From an uncultured Gammaproteobacteria bacterium (lineage in GTDB: Bacteria; Patescibacteriota; Microgenomatia; UBA12405), in NCBI GenBank assembly GCA_964496075.1, contig CAZBXB010000004.1, positions 1 to 32,048 of the forward strand: DNA of 32,048 bases, written 5' to 3'. Numbering within the stretch: position 1 is the stretch's first letter; the number at the start of each line of letters is the position of its first letter. Both the position numbers and the translations under genes were made by a program. The notes under the pieces are model-generated. The model made no database searches. It had not been told where the DNA came from and worked only from the letters and a program-made list of their open reading frames with translations. Below are positions 1 through 8,126 of this stretch, piece after piece.

Positions 1-1
1 T

Positions 2-244
2 AGAGATGCCGATAAAAAGGCAACGATATTAGATTTTGATAAAGTCTTGGGTCTTGATTTGGGGAAAAAGATAGAAGTAGGTAAAATACCTGAAGATATA
101 ATAAAAATGGCTGAAGACAGAAAGACAGCCAAGGGCGAGAAAAATTGGCAAGAATCTGATAAACTAAGACAGACAATTGAGACAAGGGGCTATATTATCG
201 AAGATTTGCCTAATAACTCGTATAGAATTGTTGTAAAAAGATAG
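2..244 (+). CDS. cysS: cysteinyl-tRNA synthetase, C-terminal fragment (5' end outside window)
   Basis: Frame 2 is open from the window edge. The tail RKTAKGEKNWQESDKLRQTIETRGYIIEDLPNNSYRIVVKR matches the conserved CysRS C-terminal pattern (R..A...KNW.E.D.IR..L...G..IED). Confidence 0.65.
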   Translation, partial: RDADKKATILDFDKVLGLDLGKKIEVGKIPEDIIKMAEDRKTAKGEKNWQESDKLRQTIETRGYIIEDLPNNSYRIVVKR

Positions 245-267
245 GCTATATGTTAATCTAACTCTTA

Positions 268-570
268 ATGAAAAGCGACTCAGACAAAAGCTATCAATTT
301 GTGGTGTTATACGGCGCAAATTTAGCTCAGGAAAAACAAAAAAAAGATTTAAAGGAATTAGTGGAATTTGTCGAATCAAAAGGATCTAAATTAAGTTTTG
401 TTGACTGGGGTGAAAAAACTTTAGCATATGAAATTGAAGATAATACAAGCGCTAATTTTTGGTTGGGAGAGATTAAGACTAGTGAAAAAAAGCCTATGAA
501 CTGGAATGAATTGGCAACTTTTTTAAATAGAAATAAATTAATAATACGGCACTTAATATTAAAAAATTGA
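268..570 (+). CDS. rpsF: 30S ribosomal protein S6
   Basis: 100-aa ORF (YQFVVLY...WGEKTLAYEI) sitting first in the canonical rpsF-ssb-rpsR order. Confidence 0.85.
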   Translation: MKSDSDKSYQFVVLYGANLAQEKQKKDLKELVEFVESKGSKLSFVDWGEKTLAYEIEDNTSANFWLGEIKTSEKKPMNWNELATFLNRNKLIIRHLILKN

Positions 571-583
571 TACAAGGAGAATT

Positions 584-1156
584 ATGGCAACAAGATGTCT
601 AAATAAGGTTTCGTTGATTGGAAATTTAACAAGAGATCCAGAACTTCGATATACACCCGGAGGTATGGCAGTGGTTTCTTTTGGAGTAGCTACAAATAGA
701 TCTTGGACAACAAAACAGGGGGAACGAAAAGAAGATGCCCAATTTCACAGAATAGTAGCTTGGAATAAATTGGCAGAATTGTGTTCTCAACTTTTGGCTA
801 AAGGAACTCGTGCTTATGTTGAAGGTCGACTTCAATATAGAGAGTGGACAGGTCAAGATGCTTTAAAAAGACAAGTAGCTGAGATTGTCATAAGTGATAT
901 GGTCGTTTTGAGCTCATATAGAAGTGGTGGTAGTAGTACAGAAGAAGCCGATGTAAACATTGAGACAGATGGCTCTGATGTTGATGGTGGGATTGAAGAT
1001 ATTGTTATTCCTGATGAAGATATAGATCTGGGTGGAGATGAGCAAAAGACAGTAGTTGAAAAACCAGAGAAAGTTATTGAAGATAAAAAAGAGGAAGTAG
1101 TTGAAAAAAAAAGTGAGGATAAATCCAAAGAAGTAGAAGGAGATATGCCTTTTTAA
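584..1156 (+). CDS. ssb: single-stranded DNA-binding protein
   Basis: N-terminal OB fold (NKVSLIGNLTRDPELRYTPGG...FHRIVAWNKLAE), an acidic low-complexity tail ending in DMPF, and an AAGGAG Shine-Dalgarno upstream. Confidence 0.95.
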   Translation: MATRCLNKVSLIGNLTRDPELRYTPGGMAVVSFGVATNRSWTTKQGERKEDAQFHRIVAWNKLAELCSQLLAKGTRAYVEGRLQYREWTGQDALKRQVAEIVISDMVVLSSYRSGGSSTEEADVNIETDGSDVDGGIEDIVIPDEDIDLGGDEQKTVVEKPEKVIEDKKEEVVEKKSEDKSKEVEGDMPF

Positions 1157-1170
1157 TTTGATTAAAAAAT

Positions 1171-1422
1171 ATGGCTAAAATATTAAAGAAAAAAGGTAAA
1201 GTATCCATCAAGGCAAGATTTAGAAAAAGAGTTTGCCTGTTTTGTCAGGACAAAAAAGATATATCTTGGATGGATTATGCTGACTATGATGACTTTTTGT
1301 CTGTTAGGGGTGGTATATTGGCTGCAAAAGTGACATCTGTTTGCTCTAAGCACCAAAGGCAACTAACAAAAGCAGTAAAACAAGCCAGACATTTGGCGCT
1401 TTTACCTTTTACGAAAATCTGA
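1171..1422 (+). CDS. rpsR: 30S ribosomal protein S18
   Basis: 83 aa with CLFCQDKK...DY..LS.RGGI and a basic C-terminus; follows ssb. Confidence 0.9.
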   Translation: MAKILKKKGKVSIKARFRKRVCLFCQDKKDISWMDYADYDDFLSVRGGILAAKVTSVCSKHQRQLTKAVKQARHLALLPFTKI

Positions 1423-1442
1423 AGTATTGACGATAAACTTTA

Positions 1443-2669
1443 GTGTACAATAAGGATATGCGATCTTGGAAAAAAGCCGTGCCTACCGGCAGGCAGGTCA
1501 GAAATTGGAGTCTAGTGGCTTTAGTGCTAGTAATATTTCATGTTTTTATACTTGGTAAATTTACCGGTCCCGTTAAGATTGATTTTGGTAACGATCCACT
1601 AATAAATAGAGTTCAGGGGCTATTGAATAAGGAGTTTTTGTACAAGGATAGGATAAACACACAGGATATGTATTATGGCTCGATTAAAGGTATGGTGGAA
1701 TCTTTGGATGATCCTTATACGGTGTTTTTGCCACCGGAAGAAAATAAAATGTCACAGGAAAATTTAGCAGGTGAATTTGGTGGTGTAGGTATATCGCTAG
1801 GATATAAGGATGGGACTTTGGCAGTTATGAGTCCGTTGGCTAAAACTCCGGCAGAAAAGGCTGGCTTAAGGGCAGGGGATTTAATTATTAAGATTAAAGA
1901 CGAAGCTAATGGGGTAGACGTGGATACGGCCGATATTACAATAAGTAAGGCGGTGGAATTAATCAGAGGAAAAATTGGAACTAATGTGATTTTAAATATA
2001 TTTAGAGAGGGAGAAAATCAACCGTTTGAGGTTGAACTGACTAGGGATAATATTGTGGTGGCCAGTGTAGAGATGGAAATGAAAGAGACAATGGGTAAAA
2101 AAATTGCTTGGGTGAAAATGTATAAGTTTAGTGAAAGATTAGAAGAAGAATGGGGCCAAGTGGTGGCCAATATTAAAAGCGAAGCATCTGATCTAATAGT
2201 ACTGGATTTAAGAAATAACCCAGGAGGGTATTTAGATGCCAGTGTTAGAATCGCCTCTGATTTTGTGACTGATGGAGCAATTGTGTGGCAGAAAAGTGGA
2301 GATGGGCAATTGATAGAGTACAAGACGGAGAAAAATATGGGTAGACTGGTTGGAAGTAAGATGGTGGTTTTGGTAAATGAGGGGTCGGCTTCGGCTTCAG
2401 AAATTTTGGCAGGGGCACTAAGACAAAGATTGGGAATAAAAATATTGGGAAAGACAAGCTTTGGCAAAGGAACCGTCCAAGCAACTGAAGAGATAGTCGG
2501 TGGTAGTGGTTTGCATGTAACTATTGCCAAGTGGCTATTGCCGGATAAGGCTGAAATTGATGGGGTGGGTGTTGATCCGGATATTGAGATTGATTGGAGT
2601 TATGATGAGGGTGATGAGCAAAAAGTATTTGACCAGCTAGACAAGCTATTTAATATGTATGACCAATAA
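1443..2669 (+). CDS. carboxy-terminal processing protease (S41 family, PDZ domain)
   Basis: N-terminal TM anchor, PDZ-like GDLIIKI segment, S41 motifs NEGSASASEI and TFGKGTVQ. The ORF opens with GTG at 1443; ATG at 1458 behind AAGGA is the likelier start. Confidence 0.9.
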   Translation: MYNKDMRSWKKAVPTGRQVRNWSLVALVLVIFHVFILGKFTGPVKIDFGNDPLINRVQGLLNKEFLYKDRINTQDMYYGSIKGMVESLDDPYTVFLPPEENKMSQENLAGEFGGVGISLGYKDGTLAVMSPLAKTPAEKAGLRAGDLIIKIKDEANGVDVDTADITISKAVELIRGKIGTNVILNIFREGENQPFEVELTRDNIVVASVEMEMKETMGKKIAWVKMYKFSERLEEEWGQVVANIKSEASDLIVLDLRNNPGGYLDASVRIASDFVTDGAIVWQKSGDGQLIEYKTEKNMGRLVGSKMVVLVNEGSASASEILAGALRQRLGIKILGKTSFGKGTVQATEEIVGGSGLHVTIAKWLLPDKAEIDGVGVDPDIEIDWSYDEGDEQKVFDQLDKLFNMYDQ

Positions 2670-3837
2670 AGAAAATAAGATATTTAGTCTAAAGTCTTTT
2701 GGAGTTGGATTTTTAGTGGGTATGTTTGTACTAGGTTGTTTGGTGCTTGGAGCTGTTATTGATAGATATGCAATCCGAGACAAAGAAGCAGAAAAAGTCA
2801 GCCAAGAAGTAAGTAGAACAATAGTCAACGAAGAGTCTGTGGTGGTAGAAGCGGTAGAAAAAGTATCTCCAAGTGTGGTAACTGTGTCGATTAGTAAAAC
2901 CCAAATTGTAGGGGGAAATGTGGTTGATCCTTTTGGTTTTTGGGGTAATTTTTTTGGGACACCTTTTGATCAAGTTCAGCCTGAAGAACAGAAAATTGAG
3001 CAGGATATTGGCTCCGGATTTATTATTACCAGTGATGGTCTGGTGGTAACCAATAAACACGTAGTAGCTGATACAGAGGCAAAATATAAAGTAATAACAA
3101 GCGATGATCAAGTGCTTGAGGTAAGTGACATATATAGGGACCCAATGGGGGATTTGGCTATATTGAAAGTTAATGGGTCTGATTTGGTGCCAGTGGAAAT
3201 GGGCGACTCTGATCAACTTAAAGTAGGTCAAACAGTGATTGCAATTGGAACGGCATTGGGTGAATTTAGATCAACTGTAACCACTGGAGTAATATCCGGC
3301 TTGGGAAGAGGCATTGATGCCGGCAGTCCATACCAAGCTTCAGAAAGACTTGATAATGTTATCCAGACAGATGCGGCTATTAATCCGGGTAATTCCGGTG
3401 GACCTTTACTAAATTCGGCCGGTCAAGTGATTGGGGTGAGTGTGGCAGTATCTCAATCAGGCCAAAATATTGGATTTGCTCTGCCTATTAATATAGTTAA
3501 AAGCTCGATAGATAATTTTAAAACAACAGGGGAGTTTGAGAGGCCATTTTTGGGGGTGTCATATAGACTTATTAGTGAAAAGGCGGCAATTTTAAATGAA
3601 GTGCCTCAGGGAGCTTATGTTGAGACTGTGGTTGAGGATGGTGGAGCTTCTAAAGCTGGTATCAAAGTGGGAGATATTATTACCGAAATTGATGGAAACA
3701 AAATGGCTGGACAGGATAGTGGAGCACTAATAAATATTATTAATACGAAGAAAATTGGGGATACAATTGAAATTAAGATTTGGAGAGAGGGGAAAGAGAC
3801 AAGTGTGCCGGTAAAGTTGGAAAAAAGACAAGAGTAG
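2659..3837 (+). CDS. HtrA/DegP-family serine protease with C-terminal PDZ
   Basis: TM anchor plus catalytic triad contexts TNKHVV, DLAILKV and GNSGGPL. C-terminal PDZ (GIKVGDIITEIDG). Overlaps the upstream protease gene by 11 nt. Confidence 0.9.
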   Translation: MTNKENKIFSLKSFGVGFLVGMFVLGCLVLGAVIDRYAIRDKEAEKVSQEVSRTIVNEESVVVEAVEKVSPSVVTVSISKTQIVGGNVVDPFGFWGNFFGTPFDQVQPEEQKIEQDIGSGFIITSDGLVVTNKHVVADTEAKYKVITSDDQVLEVSDIYRDPMGDLAILKVNGSDLVPVEMGDSDQLKVGQTVIAIGTALGEFRSTVTTGVISGLGRGIDAGSPYQASERLDNVIQTDAAINPGNSGGPLLNSAGQVIGVSVAVSQSGQNIGFALPINIVKSSIDNFKTTGEFERPFLGVSYRLISEKAAILNEVPQGAYVETVVEDGGASKAGIKVGDIITEIDGNKMAGQDSGALINIINTKKIGDTIEIKIWREGKETSVPVKLEKRQE

Positions 3838-3840
3838 TAC

Positions 3841-4554
3841 TTAACCGTCAACTTCGTCCAGGATAGATAATTGGAGAAGTAGATCGGTCAGGTCCCCATT
3901 TAAAGTTTGTTCCAGATTAAAGGATTTGTTGATACGATGATCCTTGATTTGATTGCGTGGGTAATTGTAGGTTCTAATTTTTTCGGAACGATCGCCACTA
4001 CCTAGTTTTGATCTGGCGCCACTAATTTGAGAAAGTTTTTTATCTTCTTCAATTTGCCAAAGTTGGGAAGCCAAAACTTGCATAGCAATTTGTCTGTTTT
4101 GCTGTTGTGATCTTTCTTGTCTGACTGAAATAGAAATACCGGTTGGTTTGTGAACCAGCCTAACAGCGGTGCTAACTTTGTTGACGTTTTGACCACCCTT
4201 ACCTCCGGCTCTAGTAGCCGTCATTTCGACATCGGCAGGGTTGATACTGACATCTTTGGAGTCTATCTGAGGATAAACGGTAATACTGGCAGTAGAAGTA
4301 TGAAGGCGACCTTTTTTTTCGGTAACAGGGATTCTCTGGACACGGTGAGTACCGGTTTCGTGTTTGAGTTGTTCATAGACATCAAAGCCGGAAATGTTGA
4401 TGATATTGTCGTCGATTTGGGATACTTTCCAGCCAATTTTATTGGCATACCTGATGTACATATTAGCAAGATCATCGGCCCAAAGACTGGCTTCTTGTCC
4501 GCCCGGACCTGGTCGAAACTCCATGATAATGGTGTTTTTATCTATGGTAGGCAC
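3841..4554 (-). CDS. prfA: peptide chain release factor 1, short form lacking N-terminal domain 1
   Basis: RF1-type tripeptide motif in [14 protein letters not shown] (PxT), GGQ in [12 protein letters not shown], and DHRIN near the C-terminus. GTG start at 4554 lies only 16 nt after the rpmE stop. Total length 237 aa. Confidence 0.85.
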   Translation of the reverse strand: MPTIDKNTIIMEFRPGPGGQEASLWADDLANMYIRYANKIGWKVSQIDDNIINISGFDVYEQLKHETGTHRVQRIPVTEKKGRLHTSTASITVYPQIDSKDVSINPADVEMTATRAGGKGGQNVNKVSTAVRLVHKPTGISISVRQERSQQQNRQIAMQVLASQLWQIEEDKKLSQISGARSKLGSGDRSEKIRTYNYPRNQIKDHRINKSFNLEQTLNGDLTDLLLQLSILDEVDG

Positions 4555-4560
4555 TTAATT

Positions 4561-4589
4561 AATTTTCAATTTACAATTTTCTAATTTTC
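4561..4589 (+). repeat. tandem heptamers AATTTTC AATTTAC AATTTTC (T)AATTTTC
   Basis: Read directly. Shares the 14-nt word CAATTTACAATTTT with 9463-9476 and 14489-14502. Spans the rpmE 3' end and the rpmE-prfA spacer. Confidence 0.7.
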
Positions 4590-4825
4590 TTCTTGGTTTT
4601 TTTAGATTTCTTGACGTAGTTTTTACTCTTTTCGACTTTTTCAATAAATTTATCAATTCTACCCTTACTATCAACAAATTTTTGCTGACCAGTAAAGAAA
4701 GGATGGCATTTTGAACAGATTTCAATGTCAATGTTTTTGACAGTTGAGCCTGTGGTAAATTTGTTGCCACAAGTACAAGTGACTTTACAATCGGTGATAT
4801 ATTTTGGATGAATAGCTTTCTGCAT
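4571..4825 (-). CDS. rpmE: 50S ribosomal protein L31 (zinc-ribbon type)
   Basis: MQKAIHPKY...CTCG...[10 protein letters not shown] with a lysine-rich tail. Confidence 0.9.
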   Translation of the reverse strand: MQKAIHPKYITDCKVTCTCGNKFTTGSTVKNIDIEICSKCHPFFTGQQKFVDSKGRIDKFIEKVEKSKNYVKKSKKTKKKIRKL

Positions 4826-4832
4826 AGGGGGA

Positions 4833-4841
4833 ATTATAGCA
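4833..4841 (-). promoter_or_regulatory. extended -10 box TGCTATAAT, 7 nt upstream of the rpmE ATG
   Basis: The reverse complement of attatagca reads TGCTATAAT. No Shine-Dalgarno lies between it and the ATG (spacer TCCCCCT). Confidence 0.4.
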
Positions 4842-4862
4842 GAAATTTTTAAAAATTTCTGC

Positions 4863-6104
4863 TTATTTTAGTATTTTTATCAATTCTTTTTCTGAAATAG
4901 TTTGTTGTTGACCGGTTTGCATATTTTTTAGGGTGACGGTATTGTTTTTGATTTCGTCCGGACCCAGAACTAGGACAAAAGGAATTTTTTCGGCTGAGGC
5001 ATATTTAAATTGCTTAGATAATTTATCTGGCTGGGAATAGAGAAAGGTGTTAATACCTGCTTGAGATAGTTTTGAAGCGATTTTGATTGAATTTTCCTGG
5101 GTAGTATCGTCAAAAATAGTAACCAATACTTTGGTGGTAGAAACTTGAGTAACGGAAGGTAATAAATTTTGATCAATAATACAATCGATTATGCGATCAA
5201 GACCAAGAGTGGTACCGACAGCGGGAGTATCGGATCCGCCTAAGTCTTCTATCAGATTGTCGTAGCGACCACCGCCAGTGATAGAACCAATAACCGGCTT
5301 GGTAACATAGGTTTCAAAAATAGTGCCAGTGTAATAATCTAGGCCTCTAACAAGAGTTGGGTCGAACTTATAAAAACTTTTTGGGATACCAAAAGAGGCG
5401 ATAGCACCAAACACTTCTTGAAGGTTTTGATCTGGTTTGATTGATTTAATTTGGGTCAAAATGGAGTCAGCTTTAGCTTTGGAAAAACCTTTGTCTACGA
5501 GTTCTTGTGTTACTCCCTTGATGCCTATTTTGTCCATTTTGTCGAGAGTTTGTAAGACTGATTTTTGGTCTTTTTTGATACCCGAGGAATCTAGCAAATC
5601 AAATAAAACTTTTCGACTATTAATACGAATTGTAAAATTGGAAAAATCTAGTTTAGATAGACAAGTGTAGATAATGGCAATAATCTCGGCATCAGCAATA
5701 GGAGAGGAAGTACCAAAAGTATCTATATCACATTGAGTAATCTCACGATAACGACTCTTTTGGGGCTTGTCTGCCCGCCAGACCGGTTGGATTTGGTATC
5801 TTTTGAGTGGTAAGTTGATTTGATTTGGGTAAATAGACAAGACTTTGCTGATGGGGACGGTTAGGTCGTATCTCAAGCCAACTTGTCGGCCACCTTTGTC
5901 TGTAAATGTATAGACTAGCTTGTCAGCTTCATCGCCGTTTTTACCCATGAGAGTGGAAGCATATTCAAGAGTGGGGGTTTCGATTGGTTGAAAACCAAAA
6001 GATTGAAAAACCTGCTCAAAAAGTGTGGTGACATAGTTTCGGACCCGCATAGCATCGGGTAAAAAGTCTCTAAATCCTTTTAGTGTTTGTATTTTTTGTT
6101 TCAT
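4863..6104 (-). CDS. hisS: histidyl-tRNA synthetase
   Basis: [10 protein letters not shown]-terminus, motif 2 region [24 protein letters not shown], and motif 3 GGGRYDNL. Confidence 0.95.
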   Translation of the reverse strand: MKQKIQTLKGFRDFLPDAMRVRNYVTTLFEQVFQSFGFQPIETPTLEYASTLMGKNGDEADKLVYTFTDKGGRQVGLRYDLTVPISKVLSIYPNQINLPLKRYQIQPVWRADKPQKSRYREITQCDIDTFGTSSPIADAEIIAIIYTCLSKLDFSNFTIRINSRKVLFDLLDSSGIKKDQKSVLQTLDKMDKIGIKGVTQELVDKGFSKAKADSILTQIKSIKPDQNLQEVFGAIASFGIPKSFYKFDPTLVRGLDYYTGTIFETYVTKPVIGSITGGGRYDNLIEDLGGSDTPAVGTTLGLDRIIDCIIDQNLLPSVTQVSTTKVLVTIFDDTTQENSIKIASKLSQAGINTFLYSQPDKLSKQFKYASAEKIPFVLVLGPDEIKNNTVTLKNMQTGQQQTISEKELIKILK

Positions 6105-6122
6105 AGTTTAATTATAAACTTT

Positions 6123-6200
6123 TGGGGTGGTATACCGGATTCGAACCGGCAACCGCTTGCTTCACAGGCAAGAACTCTAACCAATTGAGCTAATACCACC
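6123..6200 (-). tRNA. tRNA-His (anticodon GTG) with encoded G-1 and CCA
   Basis: Hand-folded cloverleaf. G-1 pairs with C73, acceptor GTGGTAT/ATACCAC, anticodon loop CTGTGAA, T-loop TTCGAAT, 3' CCA encoded. Confidence 0.9.
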
Positions 6201-6210
6201 ATGTATAAAT

Positions 6211-6245
6211 AAATTCTAAACTCTAAATCCTAAATTCTAAACACA
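6211..6245 (+). repeat. tandem heptamers AAATTCT AAACTCT AAATCCT AAATTCT AAACACA
   Basis: Read directly. Lies immediately 5' of tRNA-His on its transcribed strand, where it reads TTAGAAT-like units. Confidence 0.7.
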
Positions 6246-6280
6246 ACAAAGGATAGAGTAGAGAAAGTAGACAAGTTGTT

Positions 6281-6310
6281 AAAATATAAAAAAACCCGCT
6301 GTTGGCGGGT
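6281..6310 (-). terminator. intrinsic terminator (ACCCGC-CAACA-GCGGGT followed by TTTTTTATATTTT on the minus strand)
   Basis: 6-bp GC-rich stem, 5-nt loop and a T-run. Located downstream of the 7538->6420 gene pair. Confidence 0.65.
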
Positions 6311-6419
6311 TGTGTGTTTGAAACAAGTTAACATCCGCCAAATCAAGCGTGATGATGATGGACTGTGTTTAACTGTTCCATTGACAGGATTATATGCAAT
6401 AAAGATAAATATGTCAATT

Positions 6420-7109
6420 TTATTCAGTTTTGAAATCGACTATTTGCCAGTTGTTTGAATCTTGACCTTCGGATTTAAGGATGGCGATGATCTTTTGGTT
6501 TTTAACAAGGTCTTTGGTGGTACTATCAGTTTTGACCTGAAAGACTTGTCTGTCTTTGGTAACCAGAGTCATAACCGTGGTAGTTTGAGAAATATCGGTA
6601 ACAGTAGCCAAAACAATAGTATTTTTAAGATTTTCAAGTGGCTCGTTGGTGATTAAAATTCTTTTGGCTAAAAGATTGCTTTCAATGTCGATATATCCCA
6701 TAGCCAAAACTATTTGATCTATCTTGAGTTGATCGGCCTCGACTGTTTGCCTTTTGGTATTAATGATAACAGTATCCTCATCGATAAGAACGTTTCTGGT
6801 TTGTTTGTATAGGCAATCTATTGATATTTTGCCGGATTCAATTTGAACAATTTGACCGACCCAGCCTAACTTTTGATCTGGCTTACTGATAATCTGGTCG
6901 ATTTTTTCTTTGACCTTATCTTTGACAGCTTGTCGAATGCTATCTATGTCTTGGTCATTGTTGTCTTCTGTGATTTTATCTTCTTCTGTAATTGGTGTGG
7001 GGGTTGGCGAATTTGGATCAAGCATTACGGCTTTTACAGATTGATGGTTTAACGAAGATAAACTGACAAGGAAAAGTATATAAGTAAATATCTTGATAAA
7101 TTTTTTCAT
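6420..7109 (-). CDS. hypothetical secreted protein
   Basis: Signal-peptide-like N-terminus MKKFIKIFTYILFLVSLSSLNHQSVKA. Starts directly after the stop of the upstream gene. No recognisable motif. Confidence 0.6.
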   Translation of the reverse strand: MKKFIKIFTYILFLVSLSSLNHQSVKAVMLDPNSPTPTPITEEDKITEDNNDQDIDSIRQAVKDKVKEKIDQIISKPDQKLGWVGQIVQIESGKISIDCLYKQTRNVLIDEDTVIINTKRQTVEADQLKIDQIVLAMGYIDIESNLLAKRILITNEPLENLKNTIVLATVTDISQTTTVMTLVTKDRQVFQVKTDSTTKDLVKNQKIIAILKSEGQDSNNWQIVDFKTE

Positions 7110-7538
7110 TTAAAAATCAACGGTGGAATAAGTAATGATAAGATCGAGATCGACTTGTTGCTCAGTTGGAGAAATGGAGCTAATTTGGATGAGATTAGCA
7201 CCGCCTTCGAGGGTGATTGTTTGACTAAAAGCACCAGACTCGTCAGTTTCAATAAAAAAAGAATTTTGTTGGGTGTGGATGACAATTTGACTGGCAGGAG
7301 TGGTCTGACCTTGGATATCGAGTTGGTCGGAATCAACGACAATTTCGTTATCAGGAGAAGTAATGGTTAGAGTATGTTCTGGTTGATTCGGAGTTGAAGT
7401 AAGATCACTAGTTTGGACAATGGGGGTAGGGGAAGCTTGTGACCCTTTATTTTGATTTTTCAGAGAAATAATACCACTGGTTGCACCGAAACCGATGAGG
7501 GCACCTAAGACAATAGCGATAGTGAGTTCTTTTATCAT
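7110..7538 (-). CDS. hypothetical membrane-anchored protein with an Ig-like beta-sandwich pattern
   Basis: N-terminal TM helix (LTIAIVLGALIGFGATSGII), then an alternating pattern of the ..V.V.G.T.P...V.....F..T..L..G.N.I type. Confidence 0.55.
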   Translation of the reverse strand: MIKELTIAIVLGALIGFGATSGIISLKNQNKGSQASPTPIVQTSDLTSTPNQPEHTLTITSPDNEIVVDSDQLDIQGQTTPASQIVIHTQQNSFFIETDESGAFSQTITLEGGANLIQISSISPTEQQVDLDLIITYSTVDF

Positions 7539-7560
7539 TTAAATATATGATATATTAAGA

Positions 7561-8121
7561 TTGGTTATGGATATAAGATATCACGGATTAGAATCAATTA
7601 CCATCAAAAATAAAGCACTAGAAATATTGGTGGGAGTGACTTTTCCTCTGGCTAAAAATGATAGTCAGAGATTGTTGATAGCCAGTCCGTCTTGTGGGGA
7701 AGTCGGATTTGCCTCAATACCAGAAGATAAAGTACTAATAAACGGACCTGGAGATTATGAAGTGGGAGGAGTTGATATAAATGGTTTTGTTTATGGACAA
7801 AAGAGTATCTTTTATAGTGTAGTAGTTGATGGCTACAAAGTAGGTTTGTTATTTGAAGATGGGGCAATTGAAGAAATTAGCGACAAGGTTGATAATTTGG
7901 ATGTATTGGTTTTGTTAAATCCTTTAGTAGGGATGGAGAAAAAACTGGTGTCAATGGTAAAGAAAAGTGGAACTAATTTTTTGATATTGGTGGGAGAAAA
8001 AGAAGATTACAAAGAAGTGGTAGACGCTTTTGACAGAGAGGATATTGAAAAAAGCGATAAGTTTAGTTTGAAAGAAGGCGAGGAGATGGTAGAGGGTATG
8101 GAAGTAGTATTGCTTTCTTGA
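7561..8121 (+). CDS. hypothetical protein, possibly a degenerate MBL-fold hydrolase-like protein
   Basis: MDIRYHGLESITIK and INGPGDYEVGGVDING resemble UPF0173-like metallo-hydrolase folds, but there is no HxHxDH motif. ATG at 7567 is the likelier start. Confidence 0.45.
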   Translation: MVMDIRYHGLESITIKNKALEILVGVTFPLAKNDSQRLLIASPSCGEVGFASIPEDKVLINGPGDYEVGGVDINGFVYGQKSIFYSVVVDGYKVGLLFEDGAIEEISDKVDNLDVLVLLNPLVGMEKKLVSMVKKSGTNFLILVGEKEDYKEVVDAFDREDIEKSDKFSLKEGEEMVEGMEVVLLS

Positions 8122-8126
8122 GATAA

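Noticed and set aside
2018-2530. Long antisense or shadow ORFs, for example 2018-2530, 2731-3231, 4150-4584, 8441-8860, 20235-20642 and 30720-31022.
   Set aside because: Each lies entirely opposite or inside a gene with strong family motifs, and each has a skewed S/L/F/I-rich composition typical of non-coding frames.
3841-4554. An RF2-style programmed +1 frameshift, or UGA recoding, to explain the short release factor.
   Set aside because: The PxT motif marks it as RF1. No in-frame TGA/CTT-TGA slippery site lies upstream. TGA terminates rpsF, rpsR and yebC at normal lengths, so the code is standard.
4555-4770. The 71-aa minus-strand ORF upstream of prfA as the missing RF1 N-terminal domain.
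   Set aside because: It lies in an alternative frame inside the well-supported rpmE gene and is low-complexity and basic, with no RF-like sequence.
6276-6458. The 60-aa plus-strand ORF spanning the terminator region.
   Set aside because: It contains the terminator hairpin and overlaps the 3' end of the 6420-7109 gene. No supporting signals were found.
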